A DNA stretch of 64,000 bases from Candidatus Poribacteria bacterium (GCA_965197475.1 CBDANF010000003.1:4000001-4064000), one strand, 5' to 3'. Numbered from the stretch's first letter, positions 49,685 through 60,029 are shown. The notes: generated by a model from the letters alone, not told the origin. Translations and numbers: made by a program.

Positions 49685-51154
49685 CTAACAACCTTGTAAC
49701 AATGCGCCTATCAGTCCAAGAATACTGAAGATGATAATTTGTAAAAGGCATCCGGTTCCACCTCTTGGCCATCCTTGTTTAATCATAATTAATTCTGCGG
49801 TATCATCAACTAATTGCTTGTTTATCTTATCCATCCCAGGTACACCATCCTTAAAGAGTAGAGTGAGTGAAAATGTTATCTGAATGGCGAATTCAAGTTT
49901 TTGATGTTCATTCCAAAGATGAAGGGCAATGTTTCTCACAACAATTGCTACTGTGCTATTTGCCTCAATAGGTTGTGTAGAGGTATCCCATGTTTTGACA
50001 GTTTGTATGAGTTGGTTGACCATAGGAGTTAAAGTATAATCAGGTTTTTTGGCATCTGCTGCTTCCTTAAGCTTTTCAACTTGTGTGCTAATTTCTTTAA
50101 ATTTTTTTACCCCAGTAACAAAAGGTATTTGTTCCTTTAATAGCTTTAAATCTCTATCAATCCCTTCAACAATTTCGGGCACTTCTGCAAATACTTCCTT
50201 GATCATATTTAGGATTTTCCAGGAGAATTCAAACTTACCATACTCATTAATTGGATCATCACTAAATATTTTGAATAGGTCAGCACCCAATATTCTGAGG
50301 TGACTTGCAATTTCAAAGCTGGCGGCATGTCGTTCACCTCTACTTCTTTTACTCAGTTGGATCGGTTGTGCAATGGTGTCCCAATCTTTAACGGCTTCAA
50401 TTAGTTGATTCACAATCGGTTGCAGCGTAGTATCTGGATTTTTTGCATCTGCCATTGATCGAAGTTTTTTGTCTTGTGCTTCAATTATTTTCTGTTTTTT
50501 TTCTAAATCATTCCCGACCTCAACTTCATACGACTGAATTAAGTCATCAATCAATATAGGATATCGGTTGTTATCATTGCCTATTACTGTCTCAAGTGTT
50601 AAAGTTAATATTCTTGCACGTTCAGCTACGGATAGATTGTTGATTACAAAGGAGAGTGTTTGACTATAATAACGTCTTTGGTTTTGAATTTCGGCAGTTA
50701 TCACTGATAAATCCGCAATTTGGGGAAAGCCCGATAAATTGCGTTCTTCGTTAAGTGTTCCCCTAACTTCTTCAGGATCAATTCTTTCATAAGCGTGAGA
50801 AATTGCAAGAATCCACTCTACAATGTTTGCAGAAGCAATATTTGTAAGACGTGACAATCCAGCCGTAAAGACATTAGCACTTGCAATCGATGACAGTCCT
50901 ATAATGTTGAGTAGGTATTGACTTGGAGAAACTAACTGCTTTAACACTGATTCTATATGTTCTGGATTAACTCCGGGCAGCCACGCTACTTCAGCTGAAA
51001 TACGGTTACGCGGGTTAATCAGCACTGCACGTGCAGCAGCACATTTATTTGGATCTGATAACAGACTCTGTTCCTCCGCGAGTTCCATTATTCTTTGGCG
51101 GTTATCTCGCGGCGTGGCACCTAAAATATGAAAAGGATTTTTTAATAGATCCAA
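49685..51154 (-). CDS. Hypothetical helical protein with J-domain-like (HPD-less) N-terminus, internal repeat and C-terminal TM
   Basis: NPFHILG...ARAVLINPRNR; duplicated segment ADAKNPDTTLQPIVNQLIEAVKDWD / ADAKKPDYTLTPMVNQLIQTVKTWD; tail GCLLQIIIFSILGLIGALL. Confidence 0.7.
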   Translation of the reverse strand: MDLLKNPFHILGATPRDNRQRIMELAEEQSLLSDPNKCAAARAVLINPRNRISAEVAWLPGVNPEHIESVLKQLVSPSQYLLNIIGLSSIASANVFTAGLSRLTNIASANIVEWILAISHAYERIDPEEVRGTLNEERNLSGFPQIADLSVITAEIQNQRRYYSQTLSFVINNLSVAERARILTLTLETVIGNDNNRYPILIDDLIQSYEVEVGNDLEKKQKIIEAQDKKLRSMADAKNPDTTLQPIVNQLIEAVKDWDTIAQPIQLSKRSRGERHAASFEIASHLRILGADLFKIFSDDPINEYGKFEFSWKILNMIKEVFAEVPEIVEGIDRDLKLLKEQIPFVTGVKKFKEISTQVEKLKEAADAKKPDYTLTPMVNQLIQTVKTWDTSTQPIEANSTVAIVVRNIALHLWNEHQKLEFAIQITFSLTLLFKDGVPGMDKINKQLVDDTAELIMIKQGWPRGGTGCLLQIIIFSILGLIGALLQGC

Positions 51155-51174
51155 ACCTGCTCCAGTAATCGAGG

Positions 51175-52416
51175 TTAGTTTTTCTGTTCACGTTGGTCGG
51201 CTATTTTATTTAGTGTTTCAAGGTCAGCGGTGATGCGTTCGGTAATTGTGGGTACCTCCGCGAACACTTCTCGTAACATACACAAGATTTGTTGAGAAAT
51301 ACCAAGTTTATCATGTTCATTATAAAGGTATATAGCCAATTGTCGGACCTTCATAGCGACACTGTGACTTGCATCATCATGAAAGCCCATTCTTTTTTTC
51401 TTGAGTAAGATTGGTTGTGCCATATTGTGCCAGTTTTTAACAGCTTGAATGAGTTTATCCACCAGTGGGGCTAAAGTTGTATCAGAAGCTATTATATCTG
51501 CAGCATATCGCAGTTTCTGATCTTGTGTATTAATATTCTTTTCTTCGTTTTCAAGAATTGGTGTAGCCTTCACTGCATAGGCATCAATGGTGTCGTCTAT
51601 CAAAAGTGGTTTACGATTCTTTTTATGAACAATTGTAGATTCATCAACTATCATCATAATAGCATTCAAACGTTCTTTAGCAGAATGTATATTACTCAAT
51701 ACCGATTTAATAACCTGTTGATAATAATATCTACGATTCTGGATTTCTACTGCTACAGATGAAACGTCAGTAATTTCTGGGAAACTTGCCTCTCTACGTT
51801 CTATGTTGAGTGTTGCACACACCGTTTCTGGATCAATATCCTCAAATGCTTGGGCAATTGCAAGTATCCATTTAGCGATATCGTCGGGCATGTAGTTTGG
51901 TAAACGGCACATCCTAGCAGCAAGTATGTTTGATCGTGCAATAGAGTTAAGTTTCTCTATGCAGAGGTACTGACGAATTTGCTTTAGAGTATCTATTTTA
52001 TTTGAATGTCTCTTAGGTTGAAATATGCTTTCAAGTAAAAAATGTTCCTCCGATAGTTTCAATAAATCTAACACTTCGTCAGCAACATTATATGTTTCAG
52101 CACAAGGCAAACGGGATAGTGCAGCGGCAAGCGAATCAACTGGAATTATAGATGTTAACTTATCACGGCAACGGTGGCTCCCTGCTGATGCCTCTAACAA
52201 CATTAGCATTTCATCTGCGCGATTTTGGTTGACACCTGGCAGCCATGCTACCTCAGCAGAGATGCGCTTGCGCGGGTTTGTTAGTATAGACCTTGCCTTC
52301 ATACAAGCGTCAACATCAGATAACAGACTACGTTCTTCAGCTGATTCTTCAATTCTACGTATATCATCTCGCGGTGTCAAGCCAAGAATATGAAAGGGGT
52401 TATCAAATAAATCCAT
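51175..52416 (-). CDS. Soluble paralogue of 49685-51154 (J-like N-terminus)
   Basis: NPFHILGLTPRD...ARSILTNPRKRISAEVAWLPG is near-identical to the neighbour; no TM tail. Confidence 0.7.
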   Translation of the reverse strand: MDLFDNPFHILGLTPRDDIRRIEESAEERSLLSDVDACMKARSILTNPRKRISAEVAWLPGVNQNRADEMLMLLEASAGSHRCRDKLTSIIPVDSLAAALSRLPCAETYNVADEVLDLLKLSEEHFLLESIFQPKRHSNKIDTLKQIRQYLCIEKLNSIARSNILAARMCRLPNYMPDDIAKWILAIAQAFEDIDPETVCATLNIERREASFPEITDVSSVAVEIQNRRYYYQQVIKSVLSNIHSAKERLNAIMMIVDESTIVHKKNRKPLLIDDTIDAYAVKATPILENEEKNINTQDQKLRYAADIIASDTTLAPLVDKLIQAVKNWHNMAQPILLKKKRMGFHDDASHSVAMKVRQLAIYLYNEHDKLGISQQILCMLREVFAEVPTITERITADLETLNKIADQREQKN

Positions 52417-52437
52417 TCTCAATAATTATTCTGTAAA

Positions 52438-55023
52438 TCATACCTTGAATATATTGACAACAATATCACGTTCAGTTGTTTTGTCATCCTCAAAGCGAGG
52501 TATTAACATCATCTGCCTTACAATCTCACGTAGTTCTTCAATAGTTCCATCGTCAATAATCGCAGTTTGATATTTCTCTGCTGGCGAGAGCTCTTCATAT
52601 CTACGAATGAGATCACTGCCTAAAAGTTGCTTTCCTTTCAATGCAAGTTCCTCAAAACGAGCACTGTCTGTAAAAAACTGAGGAGTACTGATCAGGCGTT
52701 TGAACCTTTCAATTATAAACCAGGGCTGCCTCCAGAGAATTTCAAAAATCCTGGCTCTAAGTTCATCCAAATGCTCATCAAAGTCATTATCGTTATTATC
52801 AATGGAACGCTGAGCAGTTGCTACAAGACTGTCAAACGCTCTTTCCTCCGAGGGACGTGAATGCTGTCGACAATACATATCAAAAAATGTGAGTTCACTA
52901 TTCAGTTCAACCTGACAGATTCCCTTCCGATTTTTTCTTTTCACTTCCTCAAGGAGTTCCTTAGCTTGTGTGATACACTGATCTGCTTCTTTTACCTTAT
53001 CAGGATCAGATTCATCGGAATCAAGTGAGAGAGGTGTTTCAAGTTTTTGTAGTGCCTGATCTAACTTTGGATCATCCACAACGTCTTTAATCTCGTTTAT
53101 ACTGTTGCGTACAACGATTCCCTTTTCAATTATCTCATTGGCGATTAAAGTATAATTGCGTTTTCCTTCATCAGGAGAATAGTGATCTGTTTTGCATAAT
53201 TCAAATATGCCACGGATATCTGGCACTTCTAACTTTAATTTGATTTCTGCCGAGTTCTTTATCTCAAAATTACATATTAAGTCCGCGCTTTCGGGAATAA
53301 CACCTTCATAAAAATCGGTGCCCTTTATTTTGAATTCACCGATATTTTCATTGGCATAAATATCTTCCTTAAATTCACCCTCCAGTAGGATAAAATTTAG
53401 GAATTCAGATGAACCAGCTTCAAGTGCTTTGCGAGCTTTTAGCCCAGGAACGCTGACCTTTTTAGGTAGCGTATCTCCCTTTTCTATCAACGGAACAAGA
53501 ATATCTTTACCAATAGATTTGTCATGAACTACTAAACTTATTGATGATGGAGATGGAATAGCTTCAACAATAGCAGTAGTTTTTGTGATGACAATTTCGT
53601 GCTGTTCTATAGGTTCTCCGACAGCGTCATATACAACTACTTTAAACGTATTCTCCCCTGGCTTTGTCAAGTTAACGTCTACGGTTGTCCCATGTTTTAG
53701 CGGAATCCTTCCAGATGTCGATGCAGTATCAAGACTATCAATTTGGAATTCAAAACCCAAGGGAACCTCTCCTCCTACTTGCACAGCAATCTTTGATGTA
53801 TCGCTTGGTGTTCGTGCTGTGTAATTAAAACTTAATGTTAATTCATCAGAAGATATTTGACCGCGGGTAGGTTTCATTTTATAATCTTCAGAACTCCAGT
53901 CAATAGATTCTGCAAAAAGACTCGCGCCTTCAGCTACAGCGGTCATGGGTTTGTATTTTGATATTTCAATTTCACCGTTAATTCCAAGTTCTGAAGATAC
54001 TTTGTCCCGCAAAGGTTTGTAATGTGTCGGGCCGCCAACCCAGACGATACGGTCAATATCGTGTGCGTTTACACCACATTCTTCCATTGTTTTACGAGCA
54101 CAATTTATTGTGTCGTTTATTTTCTCTACTATTAGCTTGTCAAAAGTATCACGTCGCAAAGGGAACTCCTGGAAGATTGTTTCACCTTTTAAATCTTTTA
54201 GACAATCAGGTAAAGTGCCCTGTGTAGGAGGAATGGTTATAGTAGATTCTTCACTGCGGGATAATTCTATCTTTGCCCGTTCTGCTGAACGATCGAATAT
54301 AGAAGTAAAATTTTCGAAATCTTTGTTTTTATCTAAATCATCTGGCAAATCGTATTTCTCATATAATTGAGGTAGAATAATATTATCTACAATTAGACGA
54401 TCAAAATCCTCTCCACCGCAAACTTCTATTCCACCGTGTGCAAGAAGGTTTACCTTTCCTCCAGTACTTTGTGCAATGGCCACGTCAAACGTCCCGCCAC
54501 CGAGATCGTAGATTAGAAAGGTGCCATCGGCGTTGTGTGTTCTCATAAAACTCATCACCGCTGCAACAGGCTCTTGCATCAGTTCAACTTTGCCAATTCC
54601 CGCCATTTCCGCAGCTTGTCTTGTCGCGTATCTTGCTTTCTGATTGAATGCCGCAGGTACAGTAATAACTGTGCCTGTTTCAGACGATTTTCTGATTTCC
54701 TCTAGCTCGGGGGAACCAAACAACTCTTTCAATATGTCCACAGAACATTCTTCAGGTGTCACGGTGAGATTCACTGCGGAGAGTTCAATTAAGTGGTCTT
54801 CTCCCATTCTACGTTTGAATGACTTTGCACAACTTTTAGGATATATTGGCCACAACGTATAAGCTGCGTGCCCAATTTGTTTTCTTCCTCGTGGGTCATA
54901 ATAAATGACTGATGGAGTTACATCGTTTCCTTCTCTGCTTTTAATGAGTACTGTTTCTGCGCCGTCGTATACGTAGATGACACTATTTGTTGTACCTAAG
55001 TCGATACCGATAAAATTATTCAT
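52438..55023 (-). CDS. Atypical Hsp70-family protein (861 aa)
   Basis: GIDLGTTNS, TVPAAF, EPVAA, DLGGGTFD, GGEDFD and VGGPT motifs. Extra beta-rich insert after the ATPase domain and a long helical tail. Confidence 0.93.
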   Translation of the reverse strand: MNNFIGIDLGTTNSVIYVYDGAETVLIKSREGNDVTPSVIYYDPRGRKQIGHAAYTLWPIYPKSCAKSFKRRMGEDHLIELSAVNLTVTPEECSVDILKELFGSPELEEIRKSSETGTVITVPAAFNQKARYATRQAAEMAGIGKVELMQEPVAAVMSFMRTHNADGTFLIYDLGGGTFDVAIAQSTGGKVNLLAHGGIEVCGGEDFDRLIVDNIILPQLYEKYDLPDDLDKNKDFENFTSIFDRSAERAKIELSRSEESTITIPPTQGTLPDCLKDLKGETIFQEFPLRRDTFDKLIVEKINDTINCARKTMEECGVNAHDIDRIVWVGGPTHYKPLRDKVSSELGINGEIEISKYKPMTAVAEGASLFAESIDWSSEDYKMKPTRGQISSDELTLSFNYTARTPSDTSKIAVQVGGEVPLGFEFQIDSLDTASTSGRIPLKHGTTVDVNLTKPGENTFKVVVYDAVGEPIEQHEIVITKTTAIVEAIPSPSSISLVVHDKSIGKDILVPLIEKGDTLPKKVSVPGLKARKALEAGSSEFLNFILLEGEFKEDIYANENIGEFKIKGTDFYEGVIPESADLICNFEIKNSAEIKLKLEVPDIRGIFELCKTDHYSPDEGKRNYTLIANEIIEKGIVVRNSINEIKDVVDDPKLDQALQKLETPLSLDSDESDPDKVKEADQCITQAKELLEEVKRKNRKGICQVELNSELTFFDMYCRQHSRPSEERAFDSLVATAQRSIDNNDNDFDEHLDELRARIFEILWRQPWFIIERFKRLISTPQFFTDSARFEELALKGKQLLGSDLIRRYEELSPAEKYQTAIIDDGTIEELREIVRQMMLIPRFEDDKTTERDIVVNIFKV

Positions 55024-55916
55024 GATTCTGTTTTCCTTAAATAAACTTTTCCTCTTTTGATTAAATTTGTTCCCTTCATTATTATTGGTTCAATCATCCA
55101 AGTGACTTCCAAAGAATCGTTAACACCAATGTTCTTCGGTGGATCTACGGGGTCCGCAGCCATTCCTGCATCATAAGCGTGTCCTTCAACATTGACGATC
55201 CGTAAACCTACATCATTAAGGGATTCTTCTGCTTTCTTTAAAAACCATTCTATTCGACTTGTATAACGTCTGGGTTGATCTATTTTAAGCTGTAAAATTG
55301 CATGTTCAAATGTTTTCGCAAGGTACCAAGCTTCAGTTGTTAACTTTATAATGGTCTCTTCATGCTCTTCCACATCATTTTCAGCGGTTACGTTAATTAC
55401 TGCTTCATTTTGTCCCTCCATATCCTTTTCAGGTACATCTTTCAACTTGGCTAACTGATCAAGTACAGGTGGGTAATATTGCATACCAATACACAAAGCC
55501 AATGCAATGGGCAATCTGTATAGATCTATTTTTGTTTTTGGGAACCATATCAATATCGCACAATAACTTGCTCCAAACGCGATAAACATTGCCCATGTAG
55601 TGGATATTAGCGCATATTCTTGGATATCAGTTGATGATACCGTTATTCGGGTTATAAAGTAAATGAGAGCCAAGACTAATATTGTGCCTATACAAATAGG
55701 GGTTATGAAAGAAATAGAATCTAATGATTGTGGTGAGATGAATATCAGTGCTGTAATGATAATTATCTGTGAAATAATTAGAGATAACAGGACACAAAAA
55801 TAGAGAAAATCTAATTTCTTGAAAAGTCCCTTTTTTTTCATAACGTTTACGCAAACTACCATCATAGATACTATGAAGACGTAAACAAATAACTCTATTA
55901 TCACCATTTTTAACAA
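55020..55916 (-). CDS. Membrane protein with C-terminal GrpE-like domain
   Basis: About 5 N-terminal hydrophobic segments. C-terminus GLRIVNVEGHAYDAGM...V..MIEPIIM.G..LIKRGKV resembles the GrpE head. ATGA overlap with Hsp70. Confidence 0.7.
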   Translation of the reverse strand: MLKMVIIELFVYVFIVSMMVVCVNVMKKKGLFKKLDFLYFCVLLSLIISQIIIITALIFISPQSLDSISFITPICIGTILVLALIYFITRITVSSTDIQEYALISTTWAMFIAFGASYCAILIWFPKTKIDLYRLPIALALCIGMQYYPPVLDQLAKLKDVPEKDMEGQNEAVINVTAENDVEEHEETIIKLTTEAWYLAKTFEHAILQLKIDQPRRYTSRIEWFLKKAEESLNDVGLRIVNVEGHAYDAGMAADPVDPPKNIGVNDSLEVTWMIEPIIMKGTNLIKRGKVYLRKTES

Positions 55917-55985
55917 CCTAAGATCGTTTTATCTATCTTTACATAAATATTCTCTTAATTAAATTTTTGCGTCTAAGTATTATGA

Positions 55986-56816
55986 CTACATATCGCCTTT
56001 CACAGAACGATTAGGATGGCTAAAACCGATACCACGTTTGGACGATTCTATAAACTGGAGTAGATATTCAACTTCTGGATCTGCTGGTAATTCCTCTTTC
56101 ACTTTGCTAACAGCATGTCTCAACGGTAAACCAGAACGGAACAAAATACGGAAAGCTTTTTTTAGGAGGGCAAATGTTTCGGGGGAAAGTTTCGATAACG
56201 GATTGATTTGTGATGTCCGAATACCGATGCGATTTAAGTCTCGGACACGGGCAGGTTGACCAGCCGAAAGCGCGAACGGTGGGATGTCTTGAACAATTTT
56301 TGAACAACCACCCGCCATCGCCATTTTACCGACACGAACAAATTGATGAAGTGCAGCGTAAGCACCGAGGCGAACATCATCTTCAATGGTAACATGACCA
56401 GCAAGTGTGGCAAAATTCGCCATAATCGTTCTGCTGCCGATAATAGAGTCATGAGCAATATTCACCCAATTCATTAAAAGATTATCATCGCCAATAACAG
56501 TTTCGCCATCTTCAAAAGTTGAACGAGAGATAGAGACGTACTCACGCAGGACATTTCGGTTGCCGATGCGGACATAACTCCGTCCACCACTATATTTGAG
56601 GTCCTTTGAGGGATTTCCGACGGTTGCACCGAAAAAGATTTGGCAATCTTCACCAATAGTCGTCCATTTTCCGATCTGAACATGCGGCCCGATCACAGTA
56701 TTAGCACCAATCTGAACATGGTCTTCAACAATGGTATAAGGATCAATGTGAACACCTTCTCCCAATTCGGACTTAGGTGAAATAATTGCGGTTGGATGAA
56801 TGTTTGTCGCTGTCAC
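55986..56816 (-). CDS. lpxA: UDP-N-acetylglucosamine O-acyltransferase
   Basis: IHPTAII, hexapeptide repeats, DLKY, IAHD, LAGHV, HQF, SKRGI. Confidence 0.95.
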   Translation of the reverse strand: MTATNIHPTAIISPKSELGEGVHIDPYTIVEDHVQIGANTVIGPHVQIGKWTTIGEDCQIFFGATVGNPSKDLKYSGGRSYVRIGNRNVLREYVSISRSTFEDGETVIGDDNLLMNWVNIAHDSIIGSRTIMANFATLAGHVTIEDDVRLGAYAALHQFVRVGKMAMAGGCSKIVQDIPPFALSAGQPARVRDLNRIGIRTSQINPLSKLSPETFALLKKAFRILFRSGLPLRHAVSKVKEELPADPEVEYLLQFIESSKRGIGFSHPNRSVKGDM

Positions 56817-56888
56817 AAGTTTGCCTCTACTTTCTAATTATTTTTGTGTTATCAAAATACATTCACGAGGATGTTGTCATTGTTGAGT

Positions 56889-58199
56889 TTACCCGTTTCC
56901 TGTAGGTGCAAGTGCAATAGACAATTCAGCTTCCGCCGCGAGAGCATCGCCTACATACACCTCCCCAGTGATTCGTGCCAAGGTGCTGCGCCGCTGAACG
57001 ATCTCAACTTCTAATCGAAGTTGATCCCCAGGTATAACCGTTTTCCGAAAAGTTGCTTTGCTGATAGATCGGAAATAACCGAGTTGCTCCTCTTCTCCGA
57101 TTTCCTGAAGCAACAACCATGCACCGAGCTGTGCAAGTGCCTCTACTTGCAAAACGCCCGGCATCACTGGTTGCGCTGGAAAATGTCCTTCAAATATAGG
57201 TTCATTGTACGTTAGATTTTTTATGCCGACAGCGCGTTTTCCGTTCTCAAATTCAATTACTCGATCGAGTAAACACATCGGGTGCCGATGTGGTAGAATT
57301 CGATAAATCTCCTTCGCTTCAACGGGTTGATTTTTCTCACCATCATCCGCCTGTACAAAATCAAGGAACCCTTTTTCTGCCAGAGTCTGAACAAATTCGG
57401 CATGGAATGTGTGCCCACTGCGCATAGCGATGACTCGCGCTTTCGGCAGGTATCCCGCAAGGTAAAGATCACCAATTAGGTCAAGCGTTTTATGACGAAC
57501 AAATTCGTCTTTGAACCTTAACTCCGAACTCGTCTGCCCATCTGGTTTTATAACGACGACGTTCTCATAACTTGCGCCTTTCCCAATTCCCAGCGATTGC
57601 AATGCTTCAATTTCAGCCTCAAAACAGAAACTGCGAGCGGGTGCAATTTCGCGAATATAGGTATCTTCAGTCATCTCCCATGTGACAAATTGTGGGATTG
57701 TATTCGGATGATCATAAGCAAAGGTAACCTCAAAAGTATCGGATGGGAGAAAGATAAGTTGCTTGTTACCATCACAAACAGCAAAGGGGTCGGATACTTC
57801 AATGAAACGACGGGGAGCATCTTGCGCTGCCAATCCAACTTCTTGGATTTTCGCGACATACGGTAGCGCGCTACCATCAAGCCCTGGAGGTTCCTGTGCA
57901 TCAAGTTCCACCCTTGCATTGTCAATCTTGAGACCACCTAAGGCAGACAAAAGATGTTCAATGCTACTTATTGTTGTGTCGCCATGTTGTAAACTAGTAC
58001 AACGCGGTAATACCTCTGCACAATTCTCCGGACAAACTTTCACCTCCGGTGTCCCCGGCTTATCAATCCGCTGAAAAACAATACCGGAATTCGCAGGAGC
58101 TGGCTTTATTGTCAGCGTAACCGGTTCTCCCAGCATCAACCCTTTTCCAGAAATTGTGACTTCAGACTGAAGTGTTTGTTGAGATTCAACATTTCCCAT
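56889..58199 (-). CDS. lpxC: Bifunctional LpxC/FabZ
   Basis: LpxC motifs IEHLLSAL, LDGSA, IAPARSF, RHKTLDLIGD, SGH; FabZ motifs LPHR, FEGHFP..PVMPGVLQVEALAQ. Confidence 0.95.
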   Translation of the reverse strand: MGNVESQQTLQSEVTISGKGLMLGEPVTLTIKPAPANSGIVFQRIDKPGTPEVKVCPENCAEVLPRCTSLQHGDTTISSIEHLLSALGGLKIDNARVELDAQEPPGLDGSALPYVAKIQEVGLAAQDAPRRFIEVSDPFAVCDGNKQLIFLPSDTFEVTFAYDHPNTIPQFVTWEMTEDTYIREIAPARSFCFEAEIEALQSLGIGKGASYENVVVIKPDGQTSSELRFKDEFVRHKTLDLIGDLYLAGYLPKARVIAMRSGHTFHAEFVQTLAEKGFLDFVQADDGEKNQPVEAKEIYRILPHRHPMCLLDRVIEFENGKRAVGIKNLTYNEPIFEGHFPAQPVMPGVLQVEALAQLGAWLLLQEIGEEEQLGYFRSISKATFRKTVIPGDQLRLEVEIVQRRSTLARITGEVYVGDALAAEAELSIALAPTGNG

Positions 58200-58268
58200 A
58201 TATATGTATGACTCCGTTCACTAGTATATGTTTATTTTGTGTGTTGATGTATCGTCCATTTTATTATT

Positions 58269-59339
58269 CTATCGTTTTTCTGAGGAGGCTCTTTTCTGTC
58301 TAATTTGGCGAATCATCCGATTATGTTCAGCAAGCGTCTTTGAGAAATGATGTTGTCCCGTCTCAATAGCGACAAAATAGTAATAAGATGTTTTTTCTGG
58401 TCTCAGCGCACCTAAAATCGAAGCCATTCCTGGATTACCGATTGGACCGGGCGGCAAACCTTTATGAAGATAGGTGTTGTAAGGCGATTCAACTTTTAGG
58501 TCTTCTCTCGTCAATAGACGTTTCGGATCACCCAGTGCGTAAAGCACAGTCGGATCCGCTTGAAGTCGCCAGTTATGCTTAAGCCGATTGTGAAAAACAC
58601 TCGCAATTTGAGGTATTTCTGACTCAGATCCTGCCTCTCTTTGAATAATGGATGCAAGCGTAATTACTTGGTGCCGCGTAAAACCGAATACTTCTGCTTC
58701 TTCTGTCAATGTCTCGTTCCAACGTTTATCAGATTCAGCCAACATCATCTTAACAACTGTTTCGGCTGTACTACCCTTAGCGAATTTATACGTGTTTGGA
58801 AAAAGGTAGCCTTCCGCTGTAGCACTTTCAGGCACGTATTTTTGCAGTAATTCAGGTAACTGCATTGCTGCCCGAAACGCTTCTCCCGTGCCAAATCCAG
58901 AGGTTTCCCAAAGTTCAGCAATTGCTGTTGACGTAATACCTTCAGGGACAGTAAAAGTCTGAAACTCAATTTGCCCTTTCTTGAGTTCATCAAGAATCCG
59001 CGTGAGCGACATATTACGACTGAGTTGATAAGTACCAGCACGCAGTTGAGTGCCTATCCCCCGATACCGTACCGCAACTTTGAAAACAAAAGGACTTCGA
59101 ATTAAATTATTGGTCGCAAGATGTTTCGCAATTGTTGCTGTGCTACTGCCAGGATCAATCGTAATAGACACAATCTCCTCTGATGATGCGGTTGGGGATA
59201 GGTAGTATCCACCAACCAAGACCGCACTGAAGCAGATGATTCCAAGACAGCCAAGCGCGTATAACACAACCGTCTGAACTCGTTTTGAAGTCAATACTGC
59301 TCCTATATTCCGTAGGAACATGGGATGTCTCCAAATCAA
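58269..59339 (-). CDS. mltG: Endolytic transglycosylase MltG
   Basis: EGYLFPNTY, LASIIQRE, LQADPT and SPYNTY..GLPPGPIGNPG motifs. Confidence 0.95.
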   Translation of the reverse strand: MIWRHPMFLRNIGAVLTSKRVQTVVLYALGCLGIICFSAVLVGGYYLSPTASSEEIVSITIDPGSSTATIAKHLATNNLIRSPFVFKVAVRYRGIGTQLRAGTYQLSRNMSLTRILDELKKGQIEFQTFTVPEGITSTAIAELWETSGFGTGEAFRAAMQLPELLQKYVPESATAEGYLFPNTYKFAKGSTAETVVKMMLAESDKRWNETLTEEAEVFGFTRHQVITLASIIQREAGSESEIPQIASVFHNRLKHNWRLQADPTVLYALGDPKRLLTREDLKVESPYNTYLHKGLPPGPIGNPGMASILGALRPEKTSYYYFVAIETGQHHFSKTLAEHNRMIRQIRQKRASSEKR

Positions 59340-59397
59340 CGCTGCCTAATCATATAATTTACAACACTGAGTTGGCGAAAATGTTGGGAACTTATCC

Positions 59398-59820
59398 TTA
59401 CTTTTCGCCTATGTTATCACGCAAATACTCGTCCAAGATTATCACAGCTGAAATTTGGTCAATAACTTTTTTTCGGTCTTTCGGATCCATGTTGACTTGA
59501 TCCAATATTTCTTCTGCTTCCGATGTCGTAAACCTCTCATCCAAAAACTCAACAGGGATCTGAAGTCCTTGCGCTAACCTATTCCCAAATTTTTGCACCT
59601 TCTCTGCTTGTGTGCCAACGGTTCCGTCAAGTGAGATAGGTAGTCCAATCACGATTCGTTCCACCTTGTGGATAGAGACGAGGTCACCTATTGCTGTTAT
59701 ATCACGTTGTCGATTTGTCCGAGTCAGCGTACACAATGGATGTGCACCACTTCCAAGCACATCACTAACTGCCACACCAATCCTTACGTCACCGACATCT
59801 AATCCAAGTAAGACAGCCAT
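59398..59820 (-). CDS. ruvX: YqgF/RuvX family nuclease
   Basis: LGLDVGDVRIGVA, GLP, DERFTT and IDQISAVIIL motifs. Confidence 0.95.
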   Translation of the reverse strand: MAVLLGLDVGDVRIGVAVSDVLGSGAHPLCTLTRTNRQRDITAIGDLVSIHKVERIVIGLPISLDGTVGTQAEKVQKFGNRLAQGLQIPVEFLDERFTTSEAEEILDQVNMDPKDRKKVIDQISAVIILDEYLRDNIGEK

Positions 59821-60029
59821 ATTGACTCCTTTTGCGGGGAACCCGTTCAAACTTTCTGATTTTCACATATTTTTTAATTTTACACGAAAAAACAGATATC
59901 GTCAAGATAAATATCTATCGCGAATCCAGTTGATAAATTATACATATTTTGATATAATTTATCCACAAAAAAGTAACCTTGTTTCAAATCTTATAGCGTG
60001 TTTGAAAGCACGAATTAGAAAAGATCCGC

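Noticed and set aside
52438-55023. Calling this gene dnaK
   Set aside because: It lacks the DnaK linker and canonical SBD, is much longer, and has no hrcA or canonical dnaJ context.
56889-58199. LpxC-FabZ fusion as a novelty
   Set aside because: Well known in Bacteroidota, Chlorobiota and other phyla.
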